Shown piece after piece: positions 8,431-18,365 of a DNA stretch of 53,146 nt. The stretch spans positions 1 through 53,146 of the forward strand of contig JAZDEZ010000016.1 in assembly GCA_043808365.1 (NCBI GenBank), in the 5' to 3' direction. A program made the translations under genes and the position numbers. Source of the DNA: Patescibacteria group bacterium. GTDB lineage: Bacteria; Patescibacteriota; Patescibacteriia; UBA10025; JAHIVO01. A model generated the notes under the pieces. That model saw only the letters and a program-made list of their open reading frames with translations, made no database searches and had not been told where the DNA came from. The first letter of the stretch is position 1. Each line of letters begins with the position of its first letter.

Positions 8431-8593
8431 TGTATGATTCAGCCTGCCCCGTCAATTTCGAACGAAGTGAGAAATTATACGGGGAGTCATGCGTCCCCGC
8501 CTCTCCGGCGGGTCGCCGATGAGGCGACTACAATTCTTCAGTCCGCCTCTGGCGGAAGACTTACCCTGAGCGAAGTCGAAGGGCGATCTCGCA
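8431..8593 (-). pseudogene. Second tRNA-Gln relic (5' two-thirds) with four palindromic inserts
   Basis: Removing 8443-8484, 8496-8527, 8536-8556 and 8560-8583 gives TGCGAGATCGTCTAATTGTAGGACGCATGACTCTGAATCATACA. Confidence 0.8.
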
Positions 8594-8606
8594 ATAAGGT
8601 CAGCCA

Positions 8607-8635
8607 ATATTACAAAGAATCCTGAAATTTATCAA
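8607..8635 (-). promoter_or_regulatory. Sigma70 promoter of the tRNA-Gln locus
   Basis: TTGATA-17 nt-TAATAT just upstream of the relic 5' end at 8593. Confidence 0.6.
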
Positions 8636-8649
8636 GTTTCTATAATCCA

Positions 8650-10218
8650 TTAATCTTTTGCCGCGGTTTCGCCAAACACCTGCATCGCCTGGTCCCACAG
8701 GCTTCCTCCCTGCTCTGTTTGATGCGCCGGTTGAAGCTTGCTGAATTCATCGCTAGGCAGCACTACAGTTGCCAGTGCCAACTTTTCTCCGAAAAGGTGT
8801 GCACAAGCATCTTCAATAATCGAACGGATTGAGCGTTCTTTCAAGCGTTCAGCGTGTAATTTATGCTGGAACGCTATGATCAGCTGGTCCTTATCAAATT
8901 TATAGGGATGGCCCATTTTAAGGGATAATCCGGCTGAATGGTTGTGCGTCCTGACTGACGTAACGAGTTCTGCCCATGCTGATTTGATGGAATCCATGCT
9001 GACTTTACCAGGAGGCTTATTGCCAGTGGCCGGTTTTGGATGCTTGGCCGGTACGTCGGGAGTCTCGATGCTTTTTTGGCCGGACGGATTACCGGGCGGC
9101 GTCCGCTTATCATCCGGACGAGCTTCCTGATCCGTACACAATTCAACAACTGCCAATTCCAGCGGCAGCTGGACAATCTGGCTGTACCGCGCATCCCGCG
9201 ACTTGGCCATGAGCTTTTCGATGATCTCAACGAGCCGACGGGCTGTTACCTGGGCAGTGAGCTCTACCACCTCTATCATGAGATCTTTCCCCATTTCCAG
9301 ATTTTCCAGCTCATCTTTTATTGAGCTGATTTTATACACCAGCGCCTTTCTAAAAAATTCAATGGCATCCTGCGAAAAATCCACAATATTAATCCCCTCG
9401 TCAACGAGGCGATTGATCACCAGGAGTCCGGCGGCCGCATCGCGGACTACCAGCGATCGGTAAAATTCCATGATCAAACTAAAGTTTGAGTGAGGGATAA
9501 TGAGTGACGACACTTCTGCCGTAATATGCTTCTCCCCGAGCGAAAGCAATTGCCCGAGGAGCACTTCGGCGTCGCGGACCGAGCCTTCGGCGCGCCGGGC
9601 GACCGAACGCAACACGTCTTCGTCCGCATCCGCCTTTTCCTCCTTGGCGATAAACCGCATGCGGGTCAGCATGTCATCGATGCGCGCGCGCTTGAAATCA
9701 AACCGTTGGCAACGGGAGATGATCGTCTCTGGCACGCGATGGATCTCCGTCGTCGCCATAATGAAGATAACGTGGTCCGGCGGTTCTTCCAGCGTTTTGA
9801 GGAGCGCATTAAACGCCGAAATAGACAGCATATGCACTTCATCGATAATAAACACTTTATACGCGAAGCGCTGCGGCGTGAAACGGGAATTTTCGATAAT
9901 ATTTTCCCTGACATTGTCCACGCCGGTATGCGAAGCGGCGTCAATCTCGATCAAATCAAGCGCCCGTCCGGCGGCAATTTCCCTGCAGGCATCGCATGTA
10001 CCGCATGGCTCGCTCTTTTTTTTATCCGTACAATTCACGGCCTTTGCCATCAGCCTGGCCATAGTCGTCTTGCCGACCCCGCGCGGACCGGAAAACAGGT
10101 ACGCATGGGCAATGCGCTTATGTTCGATCTCGTTTTGGAGCGTGACGACAATCGGCCGCTGGCCAACTACCTCAGCAAAGCGCTGCGGACGGTATTTTCT
10201 GTATATTGCCTGTGACAT
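8650..10218 (-). CDS. dnaX: DNA polymerase III subunit gamma/tau
   Basis: YRKYRP, GPRGVGKTT, Zn-binding cysteines, EIDAAS, IIDEVHML, SRCQ; start reassigned to MSQAIY at 10218. Confidence 0.96.
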   Translation of the reverse strand: MSQAIYRKYRPQRFAEVVGQRPIVVTLQNEIEHKRIAHAYLFSGPRGVGKTTMARLMAKAVNCTDKKKSEPCGTCDACREIAAGRALDLIEIDAASHTGVDNVRENIIENSRFTPQRFAYKVFIIDEVHMLSISAFNALLKTLEEPPDHVIFIMATTEIHRVPETIISRCQRFDFKRARIDDMLTRMRFIAKEEKADADEDVLRSVARRAEGSVRDAEVLLGQLLSLGEKHITAEVSSLIIPHSNFSLIMEFYRSLVVRDAAAGLLVINRLVDEGINIVDFSQDAIEFFRKALVYKISSIKDELENLEMGKDLMIEVVELTAQVTARRLVEIIEKLMAKSRDARYSQIVQLPLELAVVELCTDQEARPDDKRTPPGNPSGQKSIETPDVPAKHPKPATGNKPPGKVSMDSIKSAWAELVTSVRTHNHSAGLSLKMGHPYKFDKDQLIIAFQHKLHAERLKERSIRSIIEDACAHLFGEKLALATVVLPSDEFSKLQPAHQTEQGGSLWDQAMQVFGETAAKD

Positions 10219-10446
10219 AATGAGGCACCCTGGTAATCCTGCGCTCAGGCGCAGGAGATCCATTTATACTCATTCTCCATAGCCTAACCTCCTATCCTCC
10301 TTCACTGACTTCTTTGCTTCAATAAATGCAACAGTATGAATCCATGAAGGCAGCTTCGGAGGATTCTCTTCGCCCTAATTTATATACTCAGATGCAAACC
10401 ATTTCGGCGAAGGAGAATAAAAAATCGCCAAAATTCATGCGATTAT

Positions 10447-10475
10447 ATTGTATCCCACTTTATTTATTTAAGCAA
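10447..10475 (-). promoter_or_regulatory. Promoter upstream of the long dnaX leader
   Basis: TTGCTT-17 nt-TACAAT. Confidence 0.5.
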
Positions 10476-10486
10476 CCAACGCCCGC

Positions 10487-11122
10487 CTATGAGCTCAACT
10501 CCTCAATATCTTCAATCGGCTGGGCTGGTTTCTTGTCCGCCTCCGCCTCAGGGGCAGTCACCGGAACAGTGCCGTCAGCCGGTATCTTGATGATGTTTTC
10601 AACTGCCGCCCAAACGCTCTCCTTGTCTTTCGGCGTCAGGATCACCACTTCATCGCCAGACTCGCCCTTGAAATACGTGATACTAGCCAGCAAGACTTTA
10701 TAGAATTTTTCACCGACGATGACCCGGTATTCGTCCGTCGCTTCGTCTCGTGCCAGCAAACCAACCAGGCGGTTCCGTTCTACCGGTCCGATCTGTTTGT
10801 ACATGAATGACCCGTCCGCCATGATGGTCAGCTTCAAGGTATCCCCCTGCACTAATTTTGACTTGGATGCGTAATTTGCCGGGATGCTGTATTGCTTGCC
10901 ATCGGGTCCGACCATATTCTGGCCGTCAAAGACTCCCTCGATAATTTTTTCGTTTCCAGTCGCCACCACCTTGCCCACTTCTTTTGCTTTGTCCGCCACG
11001 TCTATTGAAACCTCTTCATCACCGCCGACCAGCGTGCGTAAAAGTCGCCTCGCGCTCTCCAACGAGACGTGGGCCGTTTCTATCAATTTGTTGATTTGCT
11101 GTAATTTATTTTGTTTCGCCAT
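10487..11122 (-). CDS. Conserved hypothetical protein (CPR-type)
   Basis: 211-aa ORF with IIEGVFDGQNMVGPDGKQYSIPANYASKSKLV motif, which I recognise as typical of CPR conserved proteins. Confidence 0.8.
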   Translation of the reverse strand: MAKQNKLQQINKLIETAHVSLESARRLLRTLVGGDEEVSIDVADKAKEVGKVVATGNEKIIEGVFDGQNMVGPDGKQYSIPANYASKSKLVQGDTLKLTIMADGSFMYKQIGPVERNRLVGLLARDEATDEYRVIVGEKFYKVLLASITYFKGESGDEVVILTPKDKESVWAAVENIIKIPADGTVPVTAPEAEADKKPAQPIEDIEELSS

Positions 11123-11302
11123 ATTTTTCTTCTTTATTTTTTGATGTATCTTTGTATTAATGCTTTTTGGGTTTATTTTTATTAATGCGTGTTTACCGGC
11201 ATTTTCCTTTGTTTTTGGGTCTATTTTTTACGTATGCAGTTTATCGCACTCTAGCTGGTTAGTCAACCCCTTCGGCTCGCCTCGCGGCGAAGCGGGCGAA
11301 GC

Positions 11303-11875
11303 TTAGGGTTGACGCCGAGAGCCGCCTGCCGGGATCGAAGCGCCAACCCGATAGGAATAGATAGCCATGCGGTCCGGCTGGGGCTTATCAACCGCTTCTG
11401 GAATAAAATCAGGGATCGAAAAACTGTATGAAATGATGCGTGTGCCCGGTTTTAGTTCTGCCTTGAACTTCGGCGCCAGCTTTTTCATGGCCATCGGCGT
11501 CAGGAAACAGAAAATGACGCTGGCCTGCCCGAGGTCCCGCCGCAAAAAATCACTGAATGCCACCTCTACCCGCCGCGACAACCCTCGAAAAATGATCCTC
11601 CCTTTTGTCCATAGGTACGGTAAAACTGAAATTTCAAATCCGATCAGCCGCTTCGCCGGCGTGCTGTTCGCCATCGCGACCAAAACTCTCCCGTCGCCGC
11701 ATCCGAGATCATACACGATGTCATCGTCTTTGATGTCCGCTAATTTTATGATGCGAGGGATGTCGCGCTTAAACACGGGCACCCACGGCGCCGCTTTCAG
11801 TCCGGCGTACGCGGCCGTGCCGAAAAAAACTATGATCCCGAGTAAAATAAGAATAGGCAAAATAGATTCAACCAT
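11303..11875 (-). CDS. Class I SAM-dependent methyltransferase with N-terminal TM helix
   Basis: APWVP, YDLGCGDGR, ELKPGTRIIS; start reassigned to MVESIL after TATACT/TACTAT. Confidence 0.88.
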   Translation of the reverse strand: MVESILPILILLGIIVFFGTAAYAGLKAAPWVPVFKRDIPRIIKLADIKDDDIVYDLGCGDGRVLVAMANSTPAKRLIGFEISVLPYLWTKGRIIFRGLSRRVEVAFSDFLRRDLGQASVIFCFLTPMAMKKLAPKFKAELKPGTRIISYSFSIPDFIPEAVDKPQPDRMAIYSYRVGASIPAGGSRRQP

Positions 11876-12023
11876 GTGATAATAGTATAACTTTGTCTTA
11901 AGGTTGTCTACGGTCAACAGTCTACAGGCTACAGCAAAATCCCAGCAAATTGCCGGTCATGATCTACGTATTCCTAATTACTTGTAACTAATTATCAATT
12001 ACTAGTTACCAGTAACCAGCTCC

Positions 12024-14576
12024 CTACATATTCCTGGTCCCAGTCGCCACGCCCTGCGATGGTGTCGGCTCGCCCAACCGTGACCGTTCCATGATCTCGG
12101 ATTCTACACTGGTACGGTCACGACCGTACTTTACCTGTGACAATTCGACAATCTGACTGCCTAATGCAGGATCGCCGGGAGTCGGCGGGTAGGTCATCAT
12201 GTTGAAAGGCTTTGAGGCAGTGTTGTCGATCAGCAACTTCACGTTTGCTGTATACATTTCTACATTGATAACGTCATACTCATTAAATACAGGCTCAAAC
12301 TCCTTGGCCAGCGTTTCCGCGTCTTCAACGCCGGAGCGGAACGCGATAATAGTGCCGGCATTGCCGAAAACAGCATCGCGAATTTTAGTATCATTGTTCT
12401 CGCGGACTAACTGGCTGATATATTGGTGGGCCATAGTCAAATCCAGCCGGTATTTCCGGGCTTCGGACAAGATTGTCGCAATCGAATCAGTGACAAAGTT
12501 CTGGAACTCGTCGATATAGAGGTAGAAATCATTGCGCTGGTCTTCTGGGACGGAGACGCGTTTCATCGCGGCCATCTGGAGCTTTGAAACGATAATGAGC
12601 CCGAGCAGGTTGGAGTTCACTTCACCGGTCGTGCCCTTGGACAGGTTGACCAGCAGGATTTTTTTCTTGTTCATGATATCGTCAAAACTGAAACCCGACC
12701 GCGGTTGGCCGATGATGTTGCGCATCATGGCATTTTCCACGAACCGGCCGACTTTGGAAATCAGGTACCCGAGCATCTCTGACTTATGGAAATCGGACGT
12801 CTTGGCCATTTCCTTTTCCCAGAACGCGCGCACCACCGGATCCTTTACTTTACTTAACTTATATTTCTGGAATGCCAGGTCAGTGAACATGCGCGGAATT
12901 TCCACGATGGTACCCGGATCTTGTTCGTCTTCCATCAGGGTCAGCATGACATTGCGCATATTGTGCTCGAACATCGGGCCGATCATTTCTGGAGGGAACA
13001 GCTTATAAAAAATGGCGATCATTTCCTGCACGGCAAAATCTTTTTCCTCAGGTGTCCGCGCCTCCAGCATGTTCAGGCCGACCGGACGCTCCATGTCACC
13101 CGGGTTGAAAATAATGACGTCATCCGCCCTCTCTTTTGGGATGTGGGGCAAGACGGCGTTGATCAAATCCCCGTGCGGATCCACCACGCCGACGCCTTCA
13201 CCATTCACAATATCCTGAATGATCATATTGGAAAGCAGGACCGATTTTCCGGTGCCTGATTTACCGATTGCATACACATGCCGTCGGCGGTCGCCTTTTT
13301 TAATGTAAATTGGAACGTCAACGCCACGGTATGCATTGTGCCCCAACAGTAAGCCTTCTTTCGGCACGTTCATCGGCGCGGCCGCCTTGCGCGCCTGCAG
13401 CCACCGGATGTTCGGCGTCTCCGTTTCTGGCAATGGAAAATGGAAAAGGCTGGCCATTTCTTCCGTATTCAACACGCAATGATATTTATTATTATAATGC
13501 CGATAAATGAAATCATAAATGATCTTATCCTGGCGCCACGGGCCTTTCCGCTGGAAACCATTCCCGTATTCATATAATGTGTATTGGCTGAATGAATCTG
13601 TCACATTCGTCATATATGCCTTGGCACGCTCAGCGGACCGCGCTGAAACGACAACCCGGATGTTGACGTCCATGCCGGCTTTTGAAGTTTTCTCCTCAAT
13701 GCTTTTGGCAATCTCCTCTTCACGCGGCGACAATTGGCGCATCGGCTGGCCGTCAAGAGGTTTTTTCTTCGGGAAAAAAGTCCGGAACAGCTCAAAAATG
13801 AACCCATACGCGCCGCGCCGCCCCACGGCTTCCTTGACCGTTTTGCCTTGGTGCATCTCGCGGGCCACCCGAGCTCCCCAGTTATGCCAGTCGGCTTTGG
13901 CCGAACGCACGATATACTGGATGGCGATCCCCTCGTCCGGCTCAACTTTTGACAGGACGTTAGTCAAAGAATTCAACGGATCAATATCCAGCTGACGGAA
14001 TGTCCGGATGGGAAATATGTATGGTTTTTTGAAAACCAGCGATGTCGCTAAAACACTGCTTTGCGGACGGAACAGGTTATAATCGCCCATTTCCTCGATC
14101 TGGGCCTGCGGGTACTGGGCATGGATATGCTGTTCCATGTAGGCTTGGAAATATTTCGGCACAACCACATAAAATGAAATCAAGCCTTTGTCCGCCACGA
14201 TCTCCAAGGAAAAATGGTCAGACCGTCCGCCGACCATCGCTCCCAGCCCGCGCTGGGCCCGCATGCCGCCCAAGACGGAAAACCATGCTTCCGCCGACGC
14301 CAGCAATTCCGCTACCGGCCGGACGCCTTCTTTTTCAGTGGCCTTGAGTGAAGATTCCTTTGGGACCGTTATCAGCAGGATAACCTTTTTCAATGCCTCA
14401 GGCACCTGTTTGCCCTTCCGCATCCGTATCACCAACAGGGTTAATGCGCCGCTCACCACCAAAACGACTGACACCACGACTAAAATAATCGGGAAACTTG
14501 GTTTCCCGACAATGCTGGACCAAACACCGGTTGACCCGCTAGTTGCCGCCACGGTTGTCGCGAGGGCGATGATCAT
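12024..14576 (-). CDS. TraG/VirD4 (type IV coupling protein)-like ATPase with N-terminal TM
   Basis: RRRHVYAIGKSGTGKS (Walker A), VDPHGD, LYIDEFQNF (Walker B), SEARKY, HQYISQL, VFGN. Confidence 0.9.
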   Translation of the reverse strand: MIIALATTVAATSGSTGVWSSIVGKPSFPIILVVVSVVLVVSGALTLLVIRMRKGKQVPEALKKVILLITVPKESSLKATEKEGVRPVAELLASAEAWFSVLGGMRAQRGLGAMVGGRSDHFSLEIVADKGLISFYVVVPKYFQAYMEQHIHAQYPQAQIEEMGDYNLFRPQSSVLATSLVFKKPYIFPIRTFRQLDIDPLNSLTNVLSKVEPDEGIAIQYIVRSAKADWHNWGARVAREMHQGKTVKEAVGRRGAYGFIFELFRTFFPKKKPLDGQPMRQLSPREEEIAKSIEEKTSKAGMDVNIRVVVSARSAERAKAYMTNVTDSFSQYTLYEYGNGFQRKGPWRQDKIIYDFIYRHYNNKYHCVLNTEEMASLFHFPLPETETPNIRWLQARKAAAPMNVPKEGLLLGHNAYRGVDVPIYIKKGDRRRHVYAIGKSGTGKSVLLSNMIIQDIVNGEGVGVVDPHGDLINAVLPHIPKERADDVIIFNPGDMERPVGLNMLEARTPEEKDFAVQEMIAIFYKLFPPEMIGPMFEHNMRNVMLTLMEDEQDPGTIVEIPRMFTDLAFQKYKLSKVKDPVVRAFWEKEMAKTSDFHKSEMLGYLISKVGRFVENAMMRNIIGQPRSGFSFDDIMNKKKILLVNLSKGTTGEVNSNLLGLIIVSKLQMAAMKRVSVPEDQRNDFYLYIDEFQNFVTDSIATILSEARKYRLDLTMAHQYISQLVRENNDTKIRDAVFGNAGTIIAFRSGVEDAETLAKEFEPVFNEYDVINVEMYTANVKLLIDNTASKPFNMMTYPPTPGDPALGSQIVELSQVKYGRDRTSVESEIMERSRLGEPTPSQGVATGTRNM

Positions 14577-14586
14577 GTGATGGGGA

Positions 14587-15117
14587 TTATATATTTTTGT
14601 GTTTTTGCTCGTGCAGGGCGATGATCCGGTCCGTCTTGATCTTGGCTTCCTGTTCCAGGAAAAATTTATTGACGCCGGGGATCAACTTCAGCCAGTCGCG
14701 TATCAAATCCAAAATTGACTTTACTTTTACCTTTACGTCCAGGAGTAATGTGGCAATGGCCGAAGCGGTCTCCTCTCCCTTTTTCTGGAACGCCGCCTGT
14801 TCCGCCGGATTCATCTGCAAGAATATTTCTTCCAGATGGTCGGACAATATCGCTTCTACCCGCTTTTCTTCTTCGCTCTTTTCCCGAATAACGGGTTCAG
14901 GAACTGCCATGGCGGGAGGCGGCGCATACTGCCGGCGAGACTGTTCGTCCTCTGGGGACTGTTCAGCTCGCTTCTCAGGAGCCTGTTCCTGCATTACTTC
15001 AACATGGACTTCGCGCTGTTCCGGTAATGGCGCGGTTTCAGGCGTTGATTCGGCAAAGATATCCTCTACATGCTTAGGTTCAATTTCAGGGTTGATTGGA
15101 TTTGGCTGAATAGCCAT
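14587..15117 (-). CDS. Conserved hypothetical protein upstream of the coupling-protein-like ATPase
   Basis: Acidic N-terminus, C-terminal WLKLIPGVNKFFLEQEAKIKTD; 10-bp gap to the next gene. Confidence 0.8.
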   Translation of the reverse strand: MAIQPNPINPEIEPKHVEDIFAESTPETAPLPEQREVHVEVMQEQAPEKRAEQSPEDEQSRRQYAPPPAMAVPEPVIREKSEEEKRVEAILSDHLEEIFLQMNPAEQAAFQKKGEETASAIATLLLDVKVKVKSILDLIRDWLKLIPGVNKFFLEQEAKIKTDRIIALHEQKHKNI

Positions 15118-15203
15118 AAAAAGTAAGATATTCTCTTAAACTGGCTGAATTATATCATTTTTTTATATAAAATGCAAATATTCCAGGTAGTGCATAACTA
15201 CCC

Positions 15204-15232
15204 TTGACATAGTTTTTGCTTGATGGTAGTAT
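15204..15232 (+). promoter_or_regulatory. Sigma70 promoter
   Basis: TTGACA-17 nt-TAGTAT. Confidence 0.65.
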
Positions 15233-15288
15233 TGTTTGTTACTTAATTGAGGAAATTCAACAATCATATATATTGGAGGAATGTTGCA

Positions 15289-15771
15289 ATGAAAAAGCAT
15301 CTGCTGTTCTTTGTAATTTTAGCTGTCATCATGATGGCTACCCAGGGATGCAGTGTTGGGAGGTTTATAAAAACTGCATATGAATCGCCAGATTCGAATT
15401 CGGATTCATATACAGCATATATTTCCCTGAATGGCACAACGTTGCTTGGATGTCCTGATCCGTACAGCAATGTCCAGGTCACTAGCCTGAAAATCGCTGG
15501 GACTAGTGCGTCCGTTTCCACGATGCAGCCGGACGGAATGCTCCCGACTGCATACCGCTGGTCCAACGGAAAATCAGGTAGCACCACCTGGTTTACAAAT
15601 GTCCAAAGGGCAAAGACCACGCCGATCGAACTGCAGTATTCCGTCCAAATTACATTTCGCTATTATGCGAATGTGCAACTGAAGGACGGAACCTACAGGG
15701 AACAGCCGGTTGGGAAGCCCATCGTCAAGACGTTCTTCTTCGGAATTGAACATGTCAATGGGAAATTTTGA
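15289..15771 (+). CDS. Putative lipoprotein
   Basis: GGAGG SD; MKK, hydrophobic stretch and TQGC lipobox-like Cys; terminator at ~15832-15868. Confidence 0.7.
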   Translation: MKKHLLFFVILAVIMMATQGCSVGRFIKTAYESPDSNSDSYTAYISLNGTTLLGCPDPYSNVQVTSLKIAGTSASVSTMQPDGMLPTAYRWSNGKSGSTTWFTNVQRAKTTPIELQYSVQITFRYYANVQLKDGTYREQPVGKPIVKTFFFGIEHVNGKF

Positions 15772-15991
15772 TTCCCTGGACAAAAAAATTATCGAAAGGA
15801 TGAGAAATACATCCGATCGATATCACACACGAAAGCGCCATAGAGTTCTACTCTCTAGGCGCTTTTTTCATTCTTAACCGATCTTGCCAAAATCCAAAAT
15901 ATGTGCTACAATATATTTATGGAATATCCGCCAAAGGCGGATCCGCCTTCGGCGGAAAATAAAACTTAAACAAAACCAAAAACAACAAAAT

Positions 15992-16936
15992 ATGGCCATC
16001 CAAGAGCTCCAGGGAAAACACATGCGATGGGTCAGTCTCACCAACGTGAGGCAGATTTCTGATCCGGAAATTTCATTCATAAAAAAGAATTTCAAGTGCC
16101 ATCCGCTTAACCTGAAAGACTGCATCATCAACGGCCAGCGGCCGAAAATCGACGTCTATGACGACTACCTGTTCCTGGTCATGCTGTTCCCGCTCTACAA
16201 CCGCCCGACCGGCGAGATCGTGTCGGCGGAAATCGATTTCTTTGTCGGCAAAGAGTACCTGGTCATGGTCCATGACGGCAAGCTTGAACCGATCGTCAGG
16301 CTTTTCAACCATTTGAAAAAAACCGGACGCGAAAAAGAACGCGATGCGTTCCTGAACCGCAACGTCATCCTGATCCTCCATGACCTCCTGAACATGCTCC
16401 TCATGCACACCTTCCCGATGCTCGACCACATCAGCCTGGATATCCACCAGACGGAAAAGCGCATTTTCCGGGGCAAGGAAAAAGAAATGGTCGGCGCCAT
16501 CCTGGCCTCGCGCCGCAACATCGTCAATTTCCGAAAATTCATGCAAGCGCATAAGAATATTTTGAAAAAATTGGAACATGCCAACCGCGACCTGAATCTG
16601 TACGAGCCTGGGAAGGCGGACGTGTATTTCAACAGCCTCATCGACCGCAGCAAGGAAATCTGGGATTCGCTCGAAAGTTTCAAGGAATCAATCGACGCGC
16701 TCTACGACACCAATGAATCGCTGATATCGTTCAACCTGAACCAGATCATGAAGATGTTCACCAGCATTTCCGTGGTCATATTCATCTTAACGCTGGTCGC
16801 CACCATCTTCTCCGTCAAATTGCCACATACGCCATTTTTACATTCAAATGGCGGATTTTGGTGGCTGGTACTTGTAGAAATTTTCGTCGCCTCAATAATT
16901 ATTTTTATCTTCAAAAAGCGCCGCTGGATGGAATAA
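15992..16936 (+). CDS. CorA-family divalent cation transporter (non-canonical signature)
   Basis: HPLNLKDC, QRPKIDVYDDY, LNQIMK and two C-terminal TMs; FSVK replaces FGMN. Confidence 0.88.
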   Translation: MAIQELQGKHMRWVSLTNVRQISDPEISFIKKNFKCHPLNLKDCIINGQRPKIDVYDDYLFLVMLFPLYNRPTGEIVSAEIDFFVGKEYLVMVHDGKLEPIVRLFNHLKKTGREKERDAFLNRNVILILHDLLNMLLMHTFPMLDHISLDIHQTEKRIFRGKEKEMVGAILASRRNIVNFRKFMQAHKNILKKLEHANRDLNLYEPGKADVYFNSLIDRSKEIWDSLESFKESIDALYDTNESLISFNLNQIMKMFTSISVVIFILTLVATIFSVKLPHTPFLHSNGGFWWLVLVEIFVASIIIFIFKKRRWME

Positions 16937-16946
16937 AACAATTTTT

Positions 16947-17390
16947 ATGGCCCGCATCGACACGCAGATTGGAATCAAACAGCAGGTAAAAACCACTACT
17001 AAAATTACCCTAGTTATCGGGATGATCACCGCGGGGTTTGTCGGATTGACGTTATTTTCCAATGCTTTCCTGGCCGGTCCGATCAGCCGCAACCGGCCGC
17101 CCGTGGACACAAACCCGCCCTTCATCCGCTTGCAAACGCCTTTCGCGTCAATTACCGCGGGTACAAAAATCCTTTCTATCAGCCTGATGGATTATTCGGA
17201 AATCAGTCTTGCGACATTGTCAATCGACGGGAAAGTTGAATACCGCGAGAATAATCCAAAATCCCAATGGTTGTTCGTCCTCAACACTAATTACCTGACC
17301 AGCGGAAAGCACGTCATTTCATTCACCGCGACAGACAGCGCCGGCAACTCCGCCGCGTCCGAACCTATCTCATTTATTGCGGCAAACTAA
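16947..17390 (+). CDS. Membrane-anchored Ig-like domain protein
   Basis: N-terminal TM; DTNPP...GKHVISFTATDSAGNSA beta-sandwich motif. Confidence 0.75.
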   Translation: MARIDTQIGIKQQVKTTTKITLVIGMITAGFVGLTLFSNAFLAGPISRNRPPVDTNPPFIRLQTPFASITAGTKILSISLMDYSEISLATLSIDGKVEYRENNPKSQWLFVLNTNYLTSGKHVISFTATDSAGNSAASEPISFIAAN

Positions 17391-17393
17391 CCC

Positions 17394-18365
17394 ATGAACC
17401 TCACCCCAACATCCTCATCAATTCTCGTGCTCATTCTGACCGTTGTCGGATTCATTATTTTTTGGCTGTACCGCGAAAACATCAAGGCGCGGACCAACTT
17501 CCGCGTACTCGACCTGTATTCAAAAGATCTGACCCACTTGGCGCAAATCGGCAAGCTTGATCCGGTCATCGGGCGCGAGCATGAAATCGACCGGGTCATC
17601 CAGATACTTTCCCGCCGGACAAAAAATAACCCGGTGCTGATCGGCCAATCGGGCGTCGGCAAGACGGCGATTGTCGAGGGCTTGGCTGACCAGATCGCGA
17701 AAAAAAACGTCACGCCATCGCTGATCGGGAAGCGCGTCCTGGCCCTGGATCTGTCCGGCCTGGTCGCCGGGACGAAATACCGCGGGGAATTTGAAAAACG
17801 CCTGAAATCATTAGTCGATGAAATAATCGCCGCTGAGCGGAAAATCATCCTCTTCATCGACGAGATGCATACCCTCGCTGAAGCTGGCGAAGCGACCGGC
17901 GCTATTGATGCCGCCGACATATTGAAGCCAGCCCTGGAGCGCGGCGAGCTCCAAGTAGTCGGCGCCACCACTATGGAAGATTATAAGAAATACGTGGAAC
18001 GCGACCCGACCCTGGAACGGAGATTTCAGCCAGTCATGATTGACGAACCGACCAAAGCCAACACTCTCTTGATCCTGAAAGGCATACGGCCAAAATACGA
18101 AATTCACCACCAGGTTAAAATAACGGATGAAGCTCTGCAAGAAGCCGTAAATCTCTCCGACCAATTCATTCGCGACCGCGTGTTCCCGGACAAGGCCATT
18201 GACCTGATGGACGAAGCCGCGGCCAAAGTGAAGCTCCAGAGCATCAGCGGCAAAGCCACCATCCGAAAACAGCAAATTGTCGAGCCCCAGGACATCCAAA
18301 CGGTGATGTCAGAATGGAAAGAAATCGGCCTGGACATAATAAAATCCGAAAACACCAAAGGATAA
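17394..18365 (+). CDS. ClpB/ClpC first-AAA-domain-only ATPase with N-terminal TM anchor
   Basis: [55 protein letters not shown]; no Clp-N domain and no second AAA domain. Confidence 0.9.
   Translation: MNLTPTSSSILVLILTVVGFIIFWLYRENIKARTNFRVLDLYSKDLTHLAQIGKLDPVIGREHEIDRVIQILSRRTKNNPVLIGQSGVGKTAIVEGLADQIAKKNVTPSLIGKRVLALDLSGLVAGTKYRGEFEKRLKSLVDEIIAAERKIILFIDEMHTLAEAGEATGAIDAADILKPALERGELQVVGATTMEDYKKYVERDPTLERRFQPVMIDEPTKANTLLILKGIRPKYEIHHQVKITDEALQEAVNLSDQFIRDRVFPDKAIDLMDEAAAKVKLQSISGKATIRKQQIVEPQDIQTVMSEWKEIGLDIIKSENTKG

Noticed and set aside
8055-8593. Inserts as functional spliced tRNA introns
   Set aside because: No group I core or clear bulge-helix-bulge. One relic lacks 5 nt of the T-arm, the other lacks its 3' third, and an intact isoacceptor is present. 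Not formally excluded without tRNA-seq.
10330-10420. SRP RNA (often upstream of dnaX)
   Set aside because: The hairpins lack the conserved helix-8 CAGG..GRAA..AGCAG arrangement.
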